This document shows positions 46,836 to 56,114 of a DNA stretch of 64,000 nucleotides, in pieces. How positions within the stretch are numbered: position 1 is the first letter of the stretch; every line of letters starts with the position of its first letter. The notes under the pieces were generated by a model. That model was given only the letters and a program-made list of their open reading frames with translations, was not told the origin of the DNA and did no database searches. Source of the stretch: an uncultured Oscillospiraceae bacterium (GTDB lineage: Bacteria > Bacillota > Clostridia > Christensenellales > CAG-138); contig CAYTHS010000002.1 of assembly GCA_964437665.1 (NCBI GenBank), forward strand, positions 315 to 64,314. The letters run 5' to 3'. A program made the translations under genes and the position numbers.

Positions 46836-47201
46836 ATGAAATCACTGCAGGAACTGGCGGAGATCCGCGAAAGAATGAAAGGGAAAGTTGCGCTGCGCGA
46901 AGGGCAGAACGACATTCGTATCGTTGTCGGCATGGCGACTTGTGGCATCGCAGCCGGCGCGCGTCCCGTGCTGAATACGCTTGTGGAAGAAGTGGAGAAG
47001 CAGGGCTTAACCGAAAAAGCGACCGTTACGCAGACCGGCTGTATCGGGATTTGCCGTCTCGAACCCATCGTCGAGGTATATGAACCCGGCAAGGAAAAGG
47101 TAACCTATGTGAAGATGACCCCCGAAAAAGCCAAGCGGGTGGTGTCCGAACACATCAAGGGCGGCACGCCCGTTTACGAATACACGATCGGCGAGAAATA
47201 A
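46836..47201 (+). CDS. thioredoxin-like [2Fe-2S] ferredoxin (HndB-like)
   Basis: 121 aa. ...VGMATCGIAAG...TGCIGICRLEP... Confidence 0.8.
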   Translation: MKSLQELAEIRERMKGKVALREGQNDIRIVVGMATCGIAAGARPVLNTLVEEVEKQGLTEKATVTQTGCIGICRLEPIVEVYEPGKEKVTYVKMTPEKAKRVVSEHIKGGTPVYEYTIGEK

Positions 47202-47215
47202 CGGGAGGGAAAACC

Positions 47216-49009
47216 ATGATTCGTTCACATGTATTAATCTGCGGCGGCACAGGCTGCACGTCCAGCGGCAGTCCGGCAATCCGTCAGCATTTGGAGAAAG
47301 AACTCAAAAAGCTCGGACTCGACGAGGAAATCAAGGTCGTGCAGACCGGCTGCTTCGGGCTTTGTGCACTCGGCCCGATTATGATCGTTTATCCCGAAGG
47401 CACGTTTTACAGCCGTGTGACGGAGGACGATGTTTCCGAAATCGTCAGCGAGCATCTGCTCAAAGGCCGTCCGGTGGAGCGGCTGATCTATAACCCCAAG
47501 GACGCGGACATGCCGCACGGCGTGACCTCGCTCTCCGACACGCCGTTTTACAAGACGCAGAAACGCGTTGCGCTGCGCAACTGCGGCGTGATCAACCCGG
47601 AGAATATCGACGAGTATATCGCCGTCGAGGGTTATGTTGCGCTCGGCAAGGCGCTTTCCGAGATGACGCCGCAGCAGGTCATCGATTTGATGAAAGCTTC
47701 CGGTCTTCGCGGACGCGGCGGCGCGGGTTTCCCGACAGGGACAAAATGGCAGTTCGCAGCGAATAACAAATGCGATGTGAAGTACGTGGTCTGCAACGCC
47801 GACGAAGGCGACCCCGGCGCGTTCATGGACCGCTCCGTTTTGGAAGGCGACCCGCACGCTGTGCTCGAAGCGATGGAGATCGCGGGTTATGCCATCGGCG
47901 CGACGCACGGATACATCTACGTCCGCGCGGAATACCCGATTGCTGTCAAACGTCTGCAGATCGCGATCGATCAGGCGCGCGAATATGGACTGCTCGGCAA
48001 GAACATCTTCGGAACGGACTTCAGTTTCGATATCGATATCCGCCTCGGCGCCGGCGCGTTCGTCTGCGGCGAGGAAACGGCGTTGCTGACCAGCATCGAA
48101 GGCAACCGCGGCGAACCGCGCAACAAGCCGCCGTTCCCGGCGAACAAGGGTCTGTTTGCACAGCCGACCATCATCAATAACGTCGAAACGCTGGCCAATA
48201 TTCCGCAGATCATCGTCAAGGGACCGGAATGGTTTGCCGCTATGGGCACCGATTGCTCCAAGGGCACCAAGGTGTTTGCCCTCGGCGGCAAGATCAACAA
48301 TACCGGCCTTGTGGAAATCCCGATGGGTACGACGCTTCGGCATATCCTCTTCGATATCGGCGGCGGCATCCCCAACGGTAAAAAGTTCAAGGCTGCGCAG
48401 ACCGGCGGTCCTTCGGGCGGCTGCATCCCGGAGGAGCATCTCGACACGCCGATCGACTATGAAAGTCTCAAGGCTATCGGCTCTATGATGGGCAGCGGCG
48501 GGTTGATCGTTATGGACGAGGACAACTGCATGGTGGACGTCGCGCGCTTCTTCCTTGAATTCACCGTTGACGAGAGCTGCGGCAAGTGTACGCCGTGCCG
48601 CATCGGCACGCGACGCCTGCTCGAAATGCTCAATAAAATCACCGAAGGGAAAGGTACGCTCGAAGATCTGGACAAAATGGAGGAACTCTGCCATTATATC
48701 CAGAACAACGCGCTTTGCGCGCTGGGACAGACGGCCCCGAATCCCGTACTTTCCACGATGCGGTATTTCCGCGACGAATACGAAGCGCACGTGGTCGACA
48801 AGCGCTGCCCGGCGGGCGTGTGCAAGAACCTGCTGCATTACGAAATCGACCCCGAGAAGTGCAAGGGCTGCACGCTCTGCGCGAGGAAGTGCCCGGTCAG
48901 CGCGATCTCCGGCAAGGTCAAGGAGCCGCATGTGATCGATCAAAGCAAGTGCATTAAGTGTGGCGCCTGTATGGAAGGCTGCAAATTCGGCGCCATTTCA
49001 AAGAAGTAA
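47216..49009 (+). CDS. hydB: NuoF-like FMN/NAD(P)H-binding subunit of [FeFe] hydrogenase
   Basis: 597 aa. GRGGAGFPTG.KW, ESCGKCTPCR, and C-terminal 2x[4Fe-4S] CKGCTLCARKCP / CIKCGACMEGC. Confidence 0.9.
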   Translation: MIRSHVLICGGTGCTSSGSPAIRQHLEKELKKLGLDEEIKVVQTGCFGLCALGPIMIVYPEGTFYSRVTEDDVSEIVSEHLLKGRPVERLIYNPKDADMPHGVTSLSDTPFYKTQKRVALRNCGVINPENIDEYIAVEGYVALGKALSEMTPQQVIDLMKASGLRGRGGAGFPTGTKWQFAANNKCDVKYVVCNADEGDPGAFMDRSVLEGDPHAVLEAMEIAGYAIGATHGYIYVRAEYPIAVKRLQIAIDQAREYGLLGKNIFGTDFSFDIDIRLGAGAFVCGEETALLTSIEGNRGEPRNKPPFPANKGLFAQPTIINNVETLANIPQIIVKGPEWFAAMGTDCSKGTKVFALGGKINNTGLVEIPMGTTLRHILFDIGGGIPNGKKFKAAQTGGPSGGCIPEEHLDTPIDYESLKAIGSMMGSGGLIVMDEDNCMVDVARFFLEFTVDESCGKCTPCRIGTRRLLEMLNKITEGKGTLEDLDKMEELCHYIQNNALCALGQTAPNPVLSTMRYFRDEYEAHVVDKRCPAGVCKNLLHYEIDPEKCKGCTLCARKCPVSAISGKVKEPHVIDQSKCIKCGACMEGCKFGAISKK

Positions 49010-49021
49010 GGAGGCAGGAAC

Positions 49022-50764
49022 ATGGATAAAGTAACTGTTAAGATCAACGGGATCGAAGTAAAGGTTCCCGCCAACGCTACAATATTGGAAGCAGCGCGCG
49101 AAGCGGGCGTCCGCATCCCGACGCTGTGCTACCTCAAGGACATCAACGAAATTGCGGCGTGCCGTATCTGCCTCGTCCAGGCGACGGGCGTACGCGGCCA
49201 TGCGGCGGCGTGCGTGACCAAGGTCGCTGACGGAATGGAAGTCGTCACCAACACGCCCGAACTTCGCAATGCGCGTAAAACCACGCTCGAACTCATCCTC
49301 AGCAATCACCGTATGGACTGCCTCTCCTGCTCGCGCAACGGCAACTGTGAACTGCAGGCGCTTGCCAAGGAATATGACGTAGACCAGTATAAATTCTGCG
49401 GCAGCGAGGACCTGAAACCCCAGTATGAGCGCAGCGCGCCGCATCTGGTGCGCGACAACAGCAAGTGTATCTTGTGCCGCCGCTGCGTTGCGGTCTGCAA
49501 GCATAACCAGCATGTTGCGGTTATCGGCACCAACGAGCGCGGGTTTGACACGCATGTCGGCTGTGCGTTTGACCTGCCGCTGGCGGAGACCACCTGCGTC
49601 AATTGCGGTCAGTGCATCACCGTTTGCCCGACCGGTGCGCTCATGGAACGCGACGACACCGCCGCCGTCTGGGAAGCGCTGGCGGACCCCAAGAAGCATG
49701 TGGTCGTAGCGCCCGCGCCGTCCGTGCGTGCGCAGCTCGGAGAGTGCTTCGATATGCCGATCGGCACGAACGTTCAGGGCAAAATGGTCGCGGCGCTGTG
49801 TCGTCTCGGGTTCGACAAGGTATTCGACGTAGACTTTGCCGCCGACGTGACGATCATGGAGGAAGGCACCGAGCTGCTTGAACGTCTGAACAACGGCGGG
49901 AAACTGCCGCTGATCACCTCCTGCTCGCCCGGGTGGATCAAATTCTGCGAGCATTACTATCCGGACATGATCGAGAACCTCTCGAGCTGCAAAAGCCCGC
50001 AGCAGATGTTCGGCGCGCTGACCAAGACCTATTATGCCGAGAAGGAAGGGCTCGATCCGAAGGATATCTTCGTCGTGTCCATCATGCCCTGCACGGCTAA
50101 GAAATTCGAGTGCACGCGCGACGACGAAAACGCGGCGGGTGTGCCCGATGTGGATATTTCGCTCACTACGCGCGAGCTTGGCAGCATGATCAAGCGCGCG
50201 GGCATCATGTTTACCGATCTCAAGGACGAAGAGTTCGACCCCATCATGGGCGTTGCATCCGGCGCGGGCCACATCTTTGGCGCGACGGGCGGCGTGATGG
50301 AAGCGGCGCTGCGTACCGTTGCGGAAATCGTGACCGGAAAGCCGCTCGACAACGTGGAGTTCAAGGACGTCCGCGGCGTTGAAAGCTGCAAGGAGGCAGA
50401 GTATGACCTTGCGGGCACCAAGGTGCGCGTTGCGGTCACGAGCGGCCTCGAAAACGCGCATAAACTGCTGGATATGGTGCGTTCCGGTGAAGCGGAGTAT
50501 CACTTCATCGAAGTCATGGCCTGCCCCGGCGGCTGCGTCAACGGCGGCGGCCAGCCGCATCAGCCCGGCTACGTGCGTAACTTCACAGATCTGCGCGCCG
50601 AGCGCGCCAAAGCGCTTTACAGCGAGGATAAGAACATGGCGCTGCGCAAGAGCCACGAGAATCCCTTTGTCAAGGAGCTTTACGACAGCTATCTGGAAAA
50701 GCCCGGCTCGCACAAGGCGCATGAGATCCTGCACACGACCTACGTTAAACGCAAGGTGTATTGA
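49022..50764 (+). CDS. hydA: [FeFe] hydrogenase catalytic subunit (multi-cluster group-A type)
   Basis: 580 aa. N-terminal 2Fe-2S and 4Fe-4S domains. H-cluster motifs ITSCSPGW, IMPCTAKKFE and EVMACPGGCVNGGGQP. Confidence 0.9.
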   Translation: MDKVTVKINGIEVKVPANATILEAAREAGVRIPTLCYLKDINEIAACRICLVQATGVRGHAAACVTKVADGMEVVTNTPELRNARKTTLELILSNHRMDCLSCSRNGNCELQALAKEYDVDQYKFCGSEDLKPQYERSAPHLVRDNSKCILCRRCVAVCKHNQHVAVIGTNERGFDTHVGCAFDLPLAETTCVNCGQCITVCPTGALMERDDTAAVWEALADPKKHVVVAPAPSVRAQLGECFDMPIGTNVQGKMVAALCRLGFDKVFDVDFAADVTIMEEGTELLERLNNGGKLPLITSCSPGWIKFCEHYYPDMIENLSSCKSPQQMFGALTKTYYAEKEGLDPKDIFVVSIMPCTAKKFECTRDDENAAGVPDVDISLTTRELGSMIKRAGIMFTDLKDEEFDPIMGVASGAGHIFGATGGVMEAALRTVAEIVTGKPLDNVEFKDVRGVESCKEAEYDLAGTKVRVAVTSGLENAHKLLDMVRSGEAEYHFIEVMACPGGCVNGGGQPHQPGYVRNFTDLRAERAKALYSEDKNMALRKSHENPFVKELYDSYLEKPGSHKAHEILHTTYVKRKVY

Positions 50765-50809
50765 TCAAAGCAAACCGGCAAGCGAAGTCCCCGCAGTACT
50801 GCGGGGACT

Positions 50810-50986
50810 TCAGTTTGCCAAAAAGCCTTCGGAATTGTTAAGAGCCGCAGCCCGTAATCCGTTTTTCCGGCACAACACCATCGCCCTTTTCAGGTGGGTT
50901 GTTTGTGCGCTTTGGCGCCCGGGAACGCGAAGGACGAGAGGCAAAGAGCGGTTATACCATCAAATAATCGGTTTTTTGACGGGCAC
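50810..50986 (-). repeat. copy C of the structured intergenic repeat (inverted orientation), flanked by a 24-bp direct repeat (50786-50809 and 50987-51010, 22/24 identical)
   Basis: The reverse complement aligns with 2209-2401, including both terminal inverted repeats. Flanks are AGTCCCCGCAGTACTGCGGGGACT and AGTCCCCGCAGTATTGCGGGGGCT. Confidence 0.85.
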
Positions 50987-51016
50987 AGTCCCCGCAGTAT
51001 TGCGGGGGCTTTTCTG
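50987..51016 (+). terminator. rho-independent terminator (distal copy of the duplicated hydA terminator)
   Basis: AGTCCCCGCA-GTAT-TGCGGGGGCT plus TTTCTG. Confidence 0.75.
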
Positions 51017-51325
51017 TGGAATCCTGCCGAGAAAAATCCTGCAGGACTGCGTGGAGTGCCAAATAGTGGAAGGAGAACAAAGACATACGCACGAGAGAGC
51101 GCCAAAACAGGAAACGTGTTTTGACGGGAACGGCTTTGACAAATGCAGGCTTCTTTTAGGTGCAATGCTTGCATTCTCGTGAAAAATCAATCTCCGCAGG
51201 TTTTTACGTACCGGCCGGAAAACACAATATGCGTTGACTGCGGCGCGCAGCGCTTGTTCGCGTTTCATTTACTTCTGTGGTATAATCAAGCGCAAGTATG
51301 ATATAAACGGGAGAGGAAATCAAAT

Positions 51326-51598
51326 ATGACCGGAGCAGAACGTGCGGTATTCCGAAAGGCCGCCAATACGCTGAAGCCGATCTTTCAGGTCGGCAAAGAA
51401 GATATCGGTGAAAACCTGGTGCAGAGCGTAGACGCGGCGCTGGCAAAACGCGAGCTTATCAAGCTGGCGGTTCTCGAAACCAGCACGCTCACGGCAAAGC
51501 AGGCGGCGGAACTGCTTGCCGAACGCACAGGCGCAGACGTGATACAATGCATCGGCAGGAAGTTTGTGCTGTACCGAGAGAAGCCGGAGGAAGAGTAA
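51326..51598 (+). CDS. yhbY: YhbY-family (CRM-domain) RNA-binding protein
   Basis: 90 aa. ...LKPIFQVGKEDI...LAKRELIKL... typical. Extended -10 TGGTATAAT about 40 nt upstream. Confidence 0.85.
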   Translation: MTGAERAVFRKAANTLKPIFQVGKEDIGENLVQSVDAALAKRELIKLAVLETSTLTAKQAAELLAERTGADVIQCIGRKFVLYREKPEEE

Positions 51599-51636
51599 GC
51601 GGCTTTTATCAGGACATTGCAATAGGCGTAAAAGAC

Positions 51637-51668
51637 GGAGAACTCCCGTGCCGGGAGTTCTCTTTTCG
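51637..51668 (+). terminator. rho-independent terminator
   Basis: GGAGAACTCCCG-TGC-CGGGAGTTCTC plus TTTTCG. Confidence 0.8.
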
Positions 51669-51802
51669 TGTTTTACGTATTCCGCGATTACCGAAGGGCA
51701 TAATCAAAACTTGGTTTTGCTTATGCCGTCGATGCAACAAGGAAATGCTTATTGATGCGAGGGTATGCGCTTATTTTCCGGGTGCCGGGGCGGGCGCGCG
51801 GC

Positions 51803-52054
51803 TTATCCCTGCAGACCGTTTGACTGCCGCTCCATGTTTTCAACAACGATATCATAGATTTCACCGAGCGTTGCGCAGTACTCCAAAAGTTCCCAGGGAG
51901 AATTGGTATGAAAATGGAGCTTGATCAGCTGTTCGTCCCCGACGGCGAGCAGACTGTCCCCTTCGAGGTTCTCGGTAATGAATGCGTTGATTTCGTCTTC
52001 CGAGAGGTCTTCGCCTTCCAGCAGAAGCTGCGTGTCAAACTTATATTCCAGCAT
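51803..52054 (-). CDS. stand-alone FakA/YloV-like middle-domain protein (83 aa)
   Basis: Strong RBS AAAGGAGAAA. ...GDSLLAVGDEQLIKLHFHTNSPWELLEY...IVVENMERQ resembles the central domain of DAK2-family YloV/FakA proteins. Confidence 0.55.
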   Translation of the reverse strand: MLEYKFDTQLLLEGEDLSEDEINAFITENLEGDSLLAVGDEQLIKLHFHTNSPWELLEYCATLGEIYDIVVENMERQSNGLQG

Positions 52055-52157
52055 GTTGTTTCTCCTTTTTATTTTGCCGCCGATAAAACCGGCAGCGTTC
52101 TTTTAGACAGGATAGCATGCGGGCGTTCCGCTGTGCAAGTGGAATGCTGTTTCGCAT

Positions 52158-52721
52158 TCAGCCCGTCCAGTTCTGCGTCAGCAAGAACGAAAACCCGCGT
52201 CCGGTTTCTTTTTTCTTAAGATTCCCGTCGAATTGCAGCATGCCGCGTGTGAAGAGTCTCTTAACGCAGGAAGACGAAAGCCCAAGTTTTCGGGCGATGA
52301 CCTTTATCGCCGGCAGAGGCAGGTCGTTTTCCGAAGATACGGTCACGCGTGCCGCCTCACCGTATGGTACGTTTTCTCCGCACACGCGCCATACAAGCGA
52401 TGCGACGTCGATTTGTACGTGATTTTGTGCAAGCAGCGTACGTTCAAACGCGGTTTGCATTGAAAGCGGCGCGTCGTTTCGCAGAAGTGAGACATACGTT
52501 GTTTCGCCGAGGGTTTTTTGGCCGATGCGCTCGTATACGCTGAGGTTCCAGGTAGATTTACATTCCGTACAGCGGCATACAAGCCAGACGTCAAGCTGTT
52601 TTCCGTTTGCGTTGACACGGAATGTTCCGCTGTTTTCAAACCGTTCGCCGCCGCAGCGCGTGCATTTTTTATAGTAGCAAGGAAGGGCGTCAACGAAGAC
52701 AGCCCAGTGAATCTGCAACAT
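52158..52721 (-). CDS. Cys4 zinc-finger protein, probably DUF1062 family
   Basis: ATG at 52721 after GAAAGGA. CTRCGG...CRCTEC motif. 187 aa. Family name is from memory. Confidence 0.55.
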   Translation of the reverse strand: MLQIHWAVFVDALPCYYKKCTRCGGERFENSGTFRVNANGKQLDVWLVCRCTECKSTWNLSVYERIGQKTLGETTYVSLLRNDAPLSMQTAFERTLLAQNHVQIDVASLVWRVCGENVPYGEAARVTVSSENDLPLPAIKVIARKLGLSSSCVKRLFTRGMLQFDGNLKKKETGRGFSFLLTQNWTG

Positions 52722-53045
52722 ATCGATTCCTTTCGGTGTCCTTTGCCGCGAGAGGAATCGGGGCGCCGCGTATAACGGCGTGCTGCCGAACGGAAAAAGC
52801 CCGCAGAAGATACCTTCTGCGGGCATAAAACAAACCCGTATCGATACCGACCGATTCCAAATCGCGATTACCAAACAGGCCGGAATAAACTCCGGCTTGC
52901 CGCCGCGTACTCAATTGGAATCAGTTGCTTTCCGGCATACGGGATATCCTTTCGTAACGAATAAAAACATTATAATGCGCCCTGCCTGCAAGTTCAAGAA
53001 AAACTTCGGCGGTTCAAATAAAGCAGCAACGGACGATGGAACATT

Positions 53046-53798
53046 TTGTCGTTGTTTTTACAGGCAGAGTCGGTTATGATAAAGAAAAGTGATAGTGTCT
53101 TTTGTGGGTGCTGTATTGAAGCGGGAGGGGTCGCTTTGAATGAGATTACGCTGAGCGCAATCGTGTTTATTTGTGTTGCGGCATTTGTTGCAGGCGTGTT
53201 CTTCGTGGACGCTGCTCGGAAAAAACGGCTTAAGGATTCGATGCGGCAATACTGTGCGCAAAATGGGTTTCAACTGCGTTTCTGGGATAATGGGAACGAA
53301 AAGGGACACACGGTACAATCGGAGGACTGGATCCTGCGTATTTGCATGCCCGTGCAGAGCGGTAATGCCGAAACAGGCAATCCCGGTACAGTGCGTGAAA
53401 CAGAGTGGCTGTGCGATAAAAAAGATGAGCGGCGCCCCGCGTTTGCGCTCTATTGTTCTATGGCGCAGTGCGGTTTTGAAACGTTGCCCGAATGGGTGCG
53501 CACAACCGCAATCACACAGATGAAGCGTGCATTTCCGGGCGCGGCGGAGTTTTCAAGCGTACGAACCGCCTTCTGCGAGCGCGAAATGACTTGTCTTGCG
53601 TTTGAAAACAAGGCGCACAGCGCACAGCCGCTTGTTGAACGGATCCGGCCGGTGATTGGGGCCTGGAACGGCAGAGTGCCGATCTGTATTGAATGCACGC
53701 CGGAACGCGTCCGGATAATCGTTCGGGATTGTTTCCTTGAAGAACCGGAAAAGATTGACGCCATCATACGGCTCGGGAAAACGCTGACGACGTTTTAA
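53046..53798 (+). CDS. hypothetical single-pass membrane protein
   Basis: Only long ORF here with protein-like composition. TM helix LSAIVFICVAAFVAGVFFV. More likely start is the TTG at 53136, 5 nt after GGGAGGGG. Confidence 0.5.
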   Translation: MSLFLQAESVMIKKSDSVFCGCCIEAGGVALNEITLSAIVFICVAAFVAGVFFVDAARKKRLKDSMRQYCAQNGFQLRFWDNGNEKGHTVQSEDWILRICMPVQSGNAETGNPGTVRETEWLCDKKDERRPAFALYCSMAQCGFETLPEWVRTTAITQMKRAFPGAAEFSSVRTAFCEREMTCLAFENKAHSAQPLVERIRPVIGAWNGRVPICIECTPERVRIIVRDCFLEEPEKIDAIIRLGKTLTTF

Positions 53799-54357
53799 GC
53801 GGGCTGAATACGCAAATCCTTTGCGCAAGGGACGATACGAACTCTGCCGCTGGAGGCGGTATGCAACGACGCATTCATCATGGGGCTTGATTGACACAGA
53901 CGACTGCCCATCGTACTGACACACAAATAAATCCGAAGGCTTTTCGGTCCGGTCCGTCCCCGCCAATGCAGCCCGCGAGCCCGCCGAAAGACGACAGCAT
54001 TTCGGCGTACGCTGATTTGCACGGCAAAAAACCACCCGAAACGGGAGGTTTTGCCGGCTAAATAGTGTTTGAAACTCTTCAGGTTAGGGAGTGTTTCTAA
54101 AATCACAAAAGCACATTTCCGCTGCTTCGACATGCATATTTTCGTTGAAAAGCCTCGGCGCAGTACCACTGCGCCTGTGTTTTTCGTCTCAAGCTGCAAA
54201 CCGATCCGGCAATACTGCATCTTTCAGACTTGAGAAACATACCCTAGCGCCTCCCGACAGTCTTAAACTTTTTTGCGGTTGTTTATAAACGAGCGGATTC
54301 GCATTGGACAACAGAATCCGGCGCCGACCGATATCGGTTCGGTTTCGGGGGAGCGCT

Positions 54358-55158
54358 TTATTCCGCCTTTTCGGAGGGCGGGGTCAACAACTGAATACCA
54401 AGCCGATGGATCACGCTCATATAAGAGTTCGGCAGCGGCTGATCGGTCACAACCGCTGTAAGGTCCTCGAAGCTGCAGAAGGTCAGGAGCGCGTCGTGAC
54501 CAAATTTTGTATGGTCGGCCATGAGAACAAGGTTTTTATTTTGCTTGGCGACGGACTGCTTTACTTCAACCTCGAAGTAGGTTGTGTTGGTCAGGCCGCG
54601 CTCAAGAGTGACGCCGGTGGAGGCGAGAAAGACGAGATTGATCGCCATTTTGGAAAGCTCGTCAAGCGTATTTGCGCCTACGAACGACGAGGTGACGTAA
54701 TTATACATGCCGCCGAGCGCAATCACATGCAACGAAGTGTATTTGGCCGCCTCGTAGAGCGCCATCAGGCTGTGTGTGATGACGGTGACGTTTCGTTTTT
54801 CCGCAAGATATGGCAGGATGCGCATCGTCGTTGACCCTGAGTCCAGAAAGATGCTCATGTTGTCCTGCACGAGCGTTGCGGCCAGCTTGCCGATGGCCTG
54901 TTTGCCGTCGTCGTTGCGCAGAGAACGCTCGGAAATCGGAATGACGGCCGGCGGTCTGGTACCTGCGGAAACACCGCCGTAGACTTTTTTCAGATGACCG
55001 CGCTGAACCAGATCGGCTATATCGCGGCGCACGGTATTCATGGAGACATTAAACTGCTGACAGAGCTCCTCCAGAGACGAAGAGCCATGATCCAGTATAT
55101 ATTGTTCCATATCGTTGAGTCGATCCAGTCTCACAGGGTAATCCTTTCTTCTTGTCAT
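54358..55158 (-). CDS. DeoR/GlpR-family transcriptional regulator (IolR-like by context)
   Basis: 266 aa. N-terminal HTH ...LCQQFNVSMNTVRRDIADL... C-terminal DeoR sugar-binding domain. Confidence 0.85.
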   Translation of the reverse strand: MTRRKDYPVRLDRLNDMEQYILDHGSSSLEELCQQFNVSMNTVRRDIADLVQRGHLKKVYGGVSAGTRPPAVIPISERSLRNDDGKQAIGKLAATLVQDNMSIFLDSGSTTMRILPYLAEKRNVTVITHSLMALYEAAKYTSLHVIALGGMYNYVTSSFVGANTLDELSKMAINLVFLASTGVTLERGLTNTTYFEVEVKQSVAKQNKNLVLMADHTKFGHDALLTFCSFEDLTAVVTDQPLPNSYMSVIHRLGIQLLTPPSEKAE

Positions 55159-55277
55159 TCGCTGTTGCGGCAGACTGCCGTGTTGACAGCAATAGGGATA
55201 TTATAGCAGCGTTCTGATCAAATTGCACTCACTTTCTTGATAACTGATGGGGGAAATAGTATTTTCGGATACGGTAC

Positions 55278-56114
55278 TCAGCCGATCGGGAAGAAGGATC
55301 GAATTGCTTCGCATGTTTTTTGGTAACTGATGCGGATGTTCTTATCGTCCGGCCAATCCCAGTATTCCGGACGGAACAGCTCGATGGATACCATGCTGTC
55401 GTAGCCGAGCGCTTTAAGCGTTGTAAGAATACGCTTCAGATCGATCGCCCCTTCACCCGGCATCAAGCGGTTATCATCCCTTGCCGCGCCGACGGGCAAA
55501 TCTTCCGAATCGTCCAGGTGGAGGATAAAGATTTTGCGTGCGTCCGCTTTCTCTAGGCTCTCAAACCGGGAACCCATAGCATGGAAGTGGAAACAGTCGA
55601 GAACAACGCCAATGTTGTCGCGGTCTGCGGCTTTCACAATATCGTATGCCTGCGCGAATGTGTTGACCGAACAATTCGGATAACCCACAAATTCAAATGC
55701 AAGCTGCATGCCGAAGGGCGCGGCATAGTCGGCCATGATGTGAAGGACACGGACGGTTTCTTCGCGGATTTCGCCGATCGTTTTGTTGCCAACGTCGAAC
55801 GTCGGCACGACGACGACGCGGCTGCAGCCGATGACCCGCCCCGCCTCGCAGCAGAACTTCAAACCGCTCATGATTTGCTCAAACCCCTTTTTATCGCGGA
55901 AACTGATAAACTCCAGCGCGTTGAAGGCGAAAGGCTTGATATGATGGGAGTCGAAAAACGCCTTGAGGTCGCCCAGCGTATGGCGGGTTAGGTAATCATG
56001 CAGCTTGTCCAGCCGGATTTCAATAAAGTCGTATCCATATTTTTCGCAGGAAACCAAATCGGTTTCCAACGTCGAGTTTTTCATTGTCGTAGCTTGGTTA
56101 AAACAGATTTTCAC
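55278..56114 (-). CDS. sugar phosphate isomerase/epimerase (xylose-isomerase-like TIM barrel, IolI-like)
   Basis: GTG at 56114 lies 7 nt after GGAGG (VKICFNQATT...). 278 aa. Inositol-locus context. Confidence 0.75.
   Translation of the reverse strand: MKICFNQATTMKNSTLETDLVSCEKYGYDFIEIRLDKLHDYLTRHTLGDLKAFFDSHHIKPFAFNALEFISFRDKKGFEQIMSGLKFCCEAGRVIGCSRVVVVPTFDVGNKTIGEIREETVRVLHIMADYAAPFGMQLAFEFVGYPNCSVNTFAQAYDIVKAADRDNIGVVLDCFHFHAMGSRFESLEKADARKIFILHLDDSEDLPVGAARDDNRLMPGEGAIDLKRILTTLKALGYDSMVSIELFRPEYWDWPDDKNIRISYQKTCEAIRSFFPIG

Noticed and set aside
47234-50734. Two very long minus-strand ORFs (569 aa and 578 aa)
   Set aside because: Antisense to the NuoF-like and HydA genes, both of which have unambiguous cofactor motifs. 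These are high-GC shadow ORFs.
53800-53900. GGGCTGAAT... and GGGGCTTGA... strings considered as a tmRNA 5' end, and the 9-codon mini-ORF (MQRRIHHGA) after GGAGG as a leader peptide
   Set aside because: I found no T-arm/CCA-type 3' end (GGTTCGA.TCC) or tag-like reading frame nearby, and no downstream gene on that strand for a leader peptide to regulate.
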